A DNA stretch of 51,606 nucleotides, taken from positions 1 to 51,606 of the forward strand of contig DASQEN010000290.1 of assembly GCA_035633635.1 (NCBI GenBank). The letters are read 5' to 3'. Source of the DNA: Gemmatimonadota bacterium (GTDB lineage: Bacteria; Gemmatimonadota; Gemmatimonadetes; JACCXV01; JAHWKZ01). Each line of letters opens with the position of its first letter. Within the stretch, counting starts at the first letter, position 1. The position numbers and the translations under genes were made by a program. A model generated the notes under the pieces. The model was not told the origin of the DNA. It saw only the letters and a list, made by a program, of their open reading frames with translations, and made no database searches. Below are positions 46,499-51,606 of this stretch, piece after piece.

Positions 46499-46813
46499 AT
46501 GGCCATCTGGGGAGAGAAATGCGTCCGCTGCGGGGAGAAGCGCACACGCAGCGCGTACGAGGGCCTGCCGACCTGCGACGACTGCCAGAGGCTGCTGGAC
46601 GCCAGGCTCAAGGCGGACGCCGAGGATCGCCGGCTCTGCCCGCTCGACGGGGTCGCGATGTCGAAGGAGATCGTACTCAATGTGGTCGTCGACCGGTGCC
46701 CGGCGTGCAAGGGAATGTGGCTGGACGGCGGCGAGCTCGACCTTCTGAAGGCGGGGATCGAGGCCGGGATGGCCGGCGATCTCGGGCACGCCCTCTTCGT
46801 GCCCCCGTTCTGA
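46499..46813 (+). CDS. Zinc-ribbon protein (zf-TFIIB-like, CPxC...CxxCxGxWLDxGEL)
   Basis: CVRCGEK...CDDC followed by CPLDGVAM...VVVDRCPACKGMWLDGGELDLL. ATG 46499 with GGAGAG SD. The track ORF opens at 46448. Confidence 0.65.
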   Translation: MAIWGEKCVRCGEKRTRSAYEGLPTCDDCQRLLDARLKADAEDRRLCPLDGVAMSKEIVLNVVVDRCPACKGMWLDGGELDLLKAGIEAGMAGDLGHALFVPPF

Positions 46814-46847
46814 AGATCCAGCTTCGAAAGGAGCTGCGAGTCCGGCC

Positions 46848-47234
46848 ATGAGCGGATCGCACAAGCCTCGGGACTACACCACGGTCTCGCCGTACTTGAT
46901 CGTCGACGGCGCCAGCCGGACGATCGAGTTTCTCATCGCCGTCTTCGACGCTGTCGAGCTACGCCGGTTCCCGGGCCCTGTCGGGACGCTCATGCACGCC
47001 GAGGTCCGCATCGACGACACAGTCGTGATGCTCGCCGATGCGACTGCGGACTGGCCACCTGTCCCCTCCTACGTCCACGTCTACGTACCCGACGTCGACG
47101 CGACCTACCGACGAGCGCTCGAGGCCGGCGCGACCTCCATGCAGGAGCCCGTCCAGAAGGACGATGAGGACAGGCGCGGTGGGGTGCGGGACGCCGGCGG
47201 CATCACGTGGTGGATCGCGACAAGAGTGGGCTGA
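46848..47234 (+). CDS. VOC/glyoxalase-fold protein (PhnB-like)
   Basis: VSPYLIVDGASRTIEFLIAVFDA...LMHAEVRIDDTVVMLAD...RRGGVRDAGGITWWIA. Confidence 0.75.
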   Translation: MSGSHKPRDYTTVSPYLIVDGASRTIEFLIAVFDAVELRRFPGPVGTLMHAEVRIDDTVVMLADATADWPPVPSYVHVYVPDVDATYRRALEAGATSMQEPVQKDDEDRRGGVRDAGGITWWIATRVG

Positions 47235-47262
47235 CCTTCAACCACTGTTATGGTACCACCGT

Positions 47263-47697
47263 CTACAGGATCGCGTGCGTGGGCAACTCGCCGTAGCCCC
47301 GGCCACGAAACTCGAGCAGGCAGAAGCCGTGCCCGAAGGGGTCGGACAGCCGGGCGATGCGGCCCCACGGATACGACCCTAGATCTCCTTCGACCGTTGC
47401 GCCCGCCTCCTTCGCGCGCTTGATCGCGCCATCGAGGTCGTCGACCACGAAATCGAGATGGATGGGCGTCCAGTGGCGGCGGTAATCCCTCGTGGGCGCG
47501 CCCGGTACCGGATTGGTCGGCGTGCCCTTGGCCCTGCCGAGCAAGTCGATGGGCACAGGCGCCCCGTCCAGCTCGACCCAGTTCTCGTCGAAGCGCCGGC
47601 CGACCTCGAGGCCCAGGCCCCGGGTGTAGAAGTCGATCGCCCGCTCGACGTCGTCGACGTCGATGCAGACGTACAGGCCCTGGATGCTGCCCGGCAT
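47263..47697 (-). CDS. VOC/glyoxalase-bleomycin resistance family protein
   Basis: ATG 47697. VCIDVDDVERAIDFYTRGLGLEV...IHLDFVVDDLDGAIKRAKEAGATV...DPFGHGFCLLE. Confidence 0.75.
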   Translation of the reverse strand: MPGSIQGLYVCIDVDDVERAIDFYTRGLGLEVGRRFDENWVELDGAPVPIDLLGRAKGTPTNPVPGAPTRDYRRHWTPIHLDFVVDDLDGAIKRAKEAGATVEGDLGSYPWGRIARLSDPFGHGFCLLEFRGRGYGELPTHAIL

Positions 47698-47724
47698 GCC
47701 GAAGATTTCGCCATATTGGGGCCA

Positions 47725-48309
47725 ATGAGCAAGGGGCGTCTCGAAGCGTTCACCGACGGCGTGATGGCTATCCTGATCACCATCATGGTTCTCGAGCTGC
47801 ACGCCCCCGAGGGGACGAGCCTGAAAGCGTTGCGCCCCCTCGTACCCGTCTTCATGACCTACGTGCTGAGCTTCATCTACCTGGGCATATACTGGAGCAA
47901 CCACCACCACATGCTCCAGCTGTGCGAACGGATCAACGGGAGGGTCCTGTTGGCGAACCTCCACCTGCTGTTCTGGCTGTCGCTGATCACGTTCGCAACC
48001 AGCTGGATGGGAAGCAGCGATTTCGCTGCGGTGCCCACCTCCGTCTATGGTCTCGTGCTCCTCATGGCCGCTTTCGCCTGGACGATCCTCCAGCGCCAGC
48101 TCGTCCTCCTGCAGCGACCGGGATCCCGACTCGCAACCGCCGTCGGTCGAGACGCGAAGGGGTGGATCTCCCTGGTGGCCTACGCGGTCGCGATCCCGTC
48201 GGCTTTCCTCCGTCCTTGGATCGCCGGAGGGCTCTACGTCTTCGTGGCGCTTCTCTGGCTGATTCCCGACCGACGGTTCGAGTCCCAGCTCCGGAACGCC
48301 GACACTTGA
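47725..48309 (+). CDS. TMEM175 (DUF1211) family potassium channel homolog
   Basis: ATG 47725. RLEAFTDGVMAILITIMVLEL is the TM1 signature, here as an RxxxFTD variant of RxxxFSD. 6 TMs. Confidence 0.8.
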   Translation: MSKGRLEAFTDGVMAILITIMVLELHAPEGTSLKALRPLVPVFMTYVLSFIYLGIYWSNHHHMLQLCERINGRVLLANLHLLFWLSLITFATSWMGSSDFAAVPTSVYGLVLLMAAFAWTILQRQLVLLQRPGSRLATAVGRDAKGWISLVAYAVAIPSAFLRPWIAGGLYVFVALLWLIPDRRFESQLRNADT

Positions 48310-48393
48310 CCCGGGGAAATCCTGCCTCTAGGCTGGATCCGTCGAATCATCCCGCCGAAGCCATCCTGCATCTATCCCGCGAAGGAGCGCCCC

Positions 48394-48912
48394 ATGAGAG
48401 CCGTGGTACTTTGTGTCCTGATCTCCTTCGCCGGTGCGGACGCGATGCTCGCGCAGGCAGAGGGCTACCGGATCCTCTTCCCCCCCGACTCCACTACGAT
48501 CTCGGAGGACGACCAGCGGGTGATCTTCGACCAGCTGGGGTACACAGTTTCCGCGGATGGAAGCTCTCTCGAGGTCATGGATTGCGGCGCGATCTATACC
48601 CAGGCGGACGAAGACGATCTGAATGGCGACGGAATCGCCGAGGTGTTCGTGCTCGGGGGCAATAGCTGCACGTCCGGTGGGGCCGGCAGCTCGCTCGCGC
48701 TCTTCATCAAGGACGCCGAGGGGAACTGGGTGACAAACCTCGGGTTCCCTGCGGGCGGCTGGACGAAGCTCGAGACCGGGAACCTGGGATACCCGGACCT
48801 CGCGATCGGCGGTCCGGGCTTCTGCGAGGCCGTCTATCGGTGGGACGGCACGGCCTATCAGCACCAAGGCAACCGGGAGACCGAGCCCGGTGGCTGCGAG
48901 GGAATCGGGTAG
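48394..48912 (+). CDS. Secreted protein with an FG-GAP/VCBS-like DxNGDGxxE motif, unknown function
   Basis: GAAGGAG SD. Signal peptide. DEDDLNGDGIAEVFVLGG. Confidence 0.6.
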   Translation: MRAVVLCVLISFAGADAMLAQAEGYRILFPPDSTTISEDDQRVIFDQLGYTVSADGSSLEVMDCGAIYTQADEDDLNGDGIAEVFVLGGNSCTSGGAGSSLALFIKDAEGNWVTNLGFPAGGWTKLETGNLGYPDLAIGGPGFCEAVYRWDGTAYQHQGNRETEPGGCEGIG

Positions 48913-49064
48913 GGTGATTCACGAGCTCTTCACCCTTCGCATGACCTCGCCCGACGACGCGTCGGCCACGCCGAGCTGAGGCTCGGCCCGGCGAGCCGGC
49001 TGTGCGACCCCTTCGGCCACGAATGGCTGCTCGGCCACCCGATCGACCTCGAGGAGGAAGATTC

Positions 49065-49697
49065 ATGACCCGGTATCTGACCGAGTTCATCGGTACGTTT
49101 TTCCTGGTCCTCACCGTCGGTCTCGTCGTGCTCGGCGGTGCGCCGTTAGGAGCGCTCGCGATCGGCTCCGCGCTCATGGTGATGGTCTACATGGGCGGCC
49201 ACGTCTCGGGGGCCCACTACAACCCGGCGGTCTCGTTGGCGGCTGTGCTCGGCGGCAAGCTCGAGAAGCGGGAGCTCTTGCCCTACTGGCTGGCCCAGCT
49301 GGCCGGCGCCGTCGCCGCGGCGCTCGCGGTCCGGGCGATCCTCGGCCAGACGTTCGCGCCGGCGCCCGGGCCCCAAACTTCGGTCCTCGCTGCCTGGCTG
49401 GTCGAGATCCTCTTCACCTTCGCCCTCTGCCTGGTCGTGTTCCATACGGCGATGCACGAAGAGACCAAGGGCAATTCCTACTACGGCCTCGCGATCGGCT
49501 TCACCGTGATGGCCGGGGCGATCGCCGGCGGCCCCATCTCCGGTGGCGCCTTCAATCCAGCGGTGGGAGTCGGCCCGATCCTGGTGCATGCCACGATCGG
49601 CGACGGCGGCCTGGCGGATCTCCTGCTCTACATCGCCGCGCCTTGCCTGGGCGGGATCCTTGCGGCCTTCGCATTCAGGGCACACGAAAAGGAGTAG
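49065..49697 (+). CDS. MIP-family channel (aquaporin)
   Basis: ATG 49065 with GAGGAGGA SD. Two NPA boxes (SGAHYNPAVS and SGGAFNPAVG). Confidence 0.9.
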   Translation: MTRYLTEFIGTFFLVLTVGLVVLGGAPLGALAIGSALMVMVYMGGHVSGAHYNPAVSLAAVLGGKLEKRELLPYWLAQLAGAVAAALAVRAILGQTFAPAPGPQTSVLAAWLVEILFTFALCLVVFHTAMHEETKGNSYYGLAIGFTVMAGAIAGGPISGGAFNPAVGVGPILVHATIGDGGLADLLLYIAAPCLGGILAAFAFRAHEKE

Positions 49698-49832
49698 GCC
49701 CGATTCCTTCGAGGGCGCAAAACAGACGGCGCCGGCCATGAGCTCCATCCACCCCTCATTGACATCGCTCCACTCCTGGTGTAGTAAGGAGTACCGTACG
49801 ACTACCAATCCCACAACCCCGGAGAGCCCCCA

Positions 49833-50297
49833 ATGCTTTGGACCATGAAACGCTTTGCTTCTGTCCTCGTCCCCCTGCTCCTTCTGGGGTGCGCGCAGGA
49901 GGCGACGGAAGAAGCTACCGACGAAGCGGCGGACACGACCGCGGTCGAGGGGATCTCCCTCGCCGACCTCGCGGGTACCTGGAACATGCGCACGACGTCC
50001 ACGGATCCTGCCGACACGTTCGTCAATGAATACCAGATCGTAATCGACGAGTCGGGGTGGACGTCGCACTTCCCCGACCGGGATCCCGTCCAGGGCGTCG
50101 TCGTGGTCGACGGGGACAACATCATCGTCGACTCGGGCCCCTTCGAGAGCGTGCGGCGTCCCGGAACGATGGTCACGACGCACGTCATTTTTCGCATGGA
50201 AGGTGATCGGCTTGTAGGGGACGTGACGGCGCACTGGCAAACGACGGAAGCGGACTCGGTGGGCCAGTTGCGGACGGAGGGCACCCGCGCGCCGTAG
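49833..50297 (+). CDS. Lipoprotein, unknown function
   Basis: GGAGAG SD 6 nt before ATG 49833. Lipobox LLLLGC. Acidic linker followed by a beta-rich body. Confidence 0.6.
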   Translation: MLWTMKRFASVLVPLLLLGCAQEATEEATDEAADTTAVEGISLADLAGTWNMRTTSTDPADTFVNEYQIVIDESGWTSHFPDRDPVQGVVVVDGDNIIVDSGPFESVRRPGTMVTTHVIFRMEGDRLVGDVTAHWQTTEADSVGQLRTEGTRAP

Positions 50298-50788
50298 TGC
50301 GGCTCGCCCCGTCCGCCTCCTATGGCGGCTTCAGCAAAACATAGAGCAGCTCATATGGTGACCCCAACGGGATGAAAACTCGAAAGGCATCCCGGCTGAG
50401 TTTGTGATCGACTTGGGGCTCAACACCCCCTGCGGGATCCCATCCCAGAAGAAGCCGAAGCGATCCGAGTAGATTCGACTCACGACGGCCGAAGACGCAG
50501 CCTGAATGAATTGTCGCCGCCGTCGGCGCCGAACCTGTCCCTTGGTTTCCAGGATTCGTGGTTCGTTACTCGCTTTGACGACTGCTGCCCACCACCGGTT
50601 TGCAGCTGACGGACTTCGCCCGCAGCTGAAACCTCTACGTTCGGCGGCAGGAGGTCGTGGCACTCAGGAAGCCCACCACCGACTACTAGAACGGCCACCT
50701 TCTCCTTCTCCAGGCCGGCCTTCACTTCGTGCCGCAGAGATCGAGGGCGCAGCACCCGTCACCGCTTGCCGCAGGAGAACGAAGCGAT

Positions 50789-50872
50789 CTACCGGCGTCG
50801 CCGCCGATAGCCGAACCCGCCAAACAGTAGCAAAACGACTACGATAACGATGATGAGGGTCGTTGTTGTCAT
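50789..50872 (-). CDS. Small hydrophobic peptide (27 aa) with a poly-Arg tail
   Basis: ATG 50872 preceded by GGAGGAGAC-AAA (a strong SD at ideal spacing). MTTTTLIIVIVVVLLLFGGFGYRRRRR*, stop TAG 50791..50789. It is too short for the ORF track. Confidence 0.45.
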   Translation of the reverse strand: MTTTTLIIVIVVVLLLFGGFGYRRRRR

Positions 50873-51075
50873 TTTGTCTCCTCCTTCGGGCATTCTAGGA
50901 CAGGTCCGGAGCGGAGAGCCGCACAACTCGTCGGTTTCCGCAGCCGCCGACCTCGGATACTATCACCCATGAAACCATCCGCCCAGAGGTAGGGTGAGCT
51001 GATCGGCGACTGTTTCGCCCGCAGGCCGCTGAACCCGCCGTTTTAAAAGGAAGCCACCATGACAGTTAGCAAGGT

Positions 51076-51262
51076 GTGCCCGAGAATTTCAGACGTGCCG
51101 CGGTCTATGTCGACAAAATCCTGAAAGGCGCCAAACCGGCAGACCTACCCGTAGAGCAGCCGGCGAAGTTTGAGCTGGTGATCAACTTGAAGTCTACTAG
51201 ACAGATCGGCGTGACGAATTCCCCCCAACTTGCTGGCGCGGGCGGACTAGGTGATCAAGTGA
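51076..51262 (+). pseudogene. C-terminal relic of an ABC_sub_bind-type (PF04392-like) periplasmic binding protein
   Basis: ...[45 protein letters not shown], then a 1-nt frameshift (about 51217) into [13 protein letters not shown]. About 250 N-terminal residues are absent and an in-frame TAG lies upstream. Confidence 0.6.
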
Positions 51263-51450
51263 TAGTAGACCAAGCGGCGATGTTGGGTGGGGAAAAATAG
51301 TTCCGCGCTTCAGGGTGGCGAGCCAACCGTTTTCTCGGCTCCGATGAACAAACCGGAAATTTCGCCTACATTCTCCCGTCCAACGATGGACGGCATCGAG
51401 CATGGACATGCCGCGGTTGGGTTCTTTCCTCTCCCCACGGATTATCCGGC

Positions 51451-51606
51451 ATGAAGCCCCAAAGCGGCTATCTACAATTCATCATTCGTTTTGGGTTTCT
51501 CGCCAAGGGCGCGGTTTATCTCGCCGTTGGGTTGCTGGCCCTGCAGGTTGCGGTTGGTTTCGGCGGCGAAACGGGTGACACGAAAGGAGCTCTCGAGGAA
51601 ATCGGC
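51451..51606 (+). CDS. DUF1206 domain membrane protein, partial (runs off the window end)
   Basis: MKPQSGYLQFIIRFGFLAKGAVYLAVGLLALQVAVGFGGETGDTKGALEEIG matches the DUF1206 repeat pattern (G..a+G.vY...G.lAl..A.g). Confidence 0.6.
   Translation, partial: MKPQSGYLQFIIRFGFLAKGAVYLAVGLLALQVAVGFGGETGDTKGALEEIG

Noticed and set aside
50331-50760. Minus-strand ORFs (110 and 91 aa) in the low-GC tail, with faint resemblance to a receiver-domain start (KVAVLVV...).
   Set aside because: The two pieces are in different frames, lack the conserved acidic pocket and Lys of receiver domains, and have no SD or start context. They are treated as unresolved relics or noise.

Overview
High-GC (about 70%) bacterial chromosomal segment. 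It is densely packed with about 60 CDS, and many are translationally coupled by 4-nt ATGA/GTGA/TTGA start-stop overlaps. I recognised no rRNA, tRNA, CRISPR array, transposase or integrase. All family calls come from motifs read in the translated ORFs. No database search was run, and starts were refined by eye from overlaps and Shine-Dalgarno motifs.

Main blocks:
1. System I cytochrome c maturation genes ccmG-ccmH-ccmE-ccmA-ccmB (minus strand, 1-2678). CcmE carries the variant CxxxY heme-binding motif. ccmB carries a fold-back duplication at the window edge.
2. A NatAB-like ABC-2 exporter (3098-5321).
3. An ECF sigma / anti-sigma / double-PDZ operon (5323-7410).
4. A decayed ArsR-SRPBCC pair, followed by a vapBC toxin-antitoxin with a near-consensus promoter and palindromic operator.
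5. A reductive pyrimidine catabolism cluster: preT, preA, NCS1 permease, nitrilase-type beta-ureidopropionase, AGXT2-like aminotransferase, ALDH and dihydropyrimidinase (9937-26313). It also contains two tandem paralogous lipoproteins, a family III CoA-transferase, a cupin and a TLC-like transporter. An opposite-strand GT39/AsnB-like pair splits it.
6. A short gene-decay stretch (28.9-30.5 kb): a peptidase relic with in-frame TAGs and a frameshifted Fpg/Nei gene.
7. A tryptophan -> kynurenine -> anthranilate -> anthraniloyl-CoA cluster (31079-40956). No recognisable kynurenine formamidase is present, but a creatininase-fold amidohydrolase is.
8. Assorted membrane and stress genes: DUF892, a Cys-rich protein, a beta-lactamase-fold hydrolase, an orphan PurD-like ATP-grasp, two VOC proteins, TMEM175, an aquaporin.
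9. A lower-GC (about 55%), gene-poor tail from about 50.3 kb containing gene relics and one small SD-preceded ORF.

The most interesting leads are hypotheses from gene context, not demonstrated novel systems.
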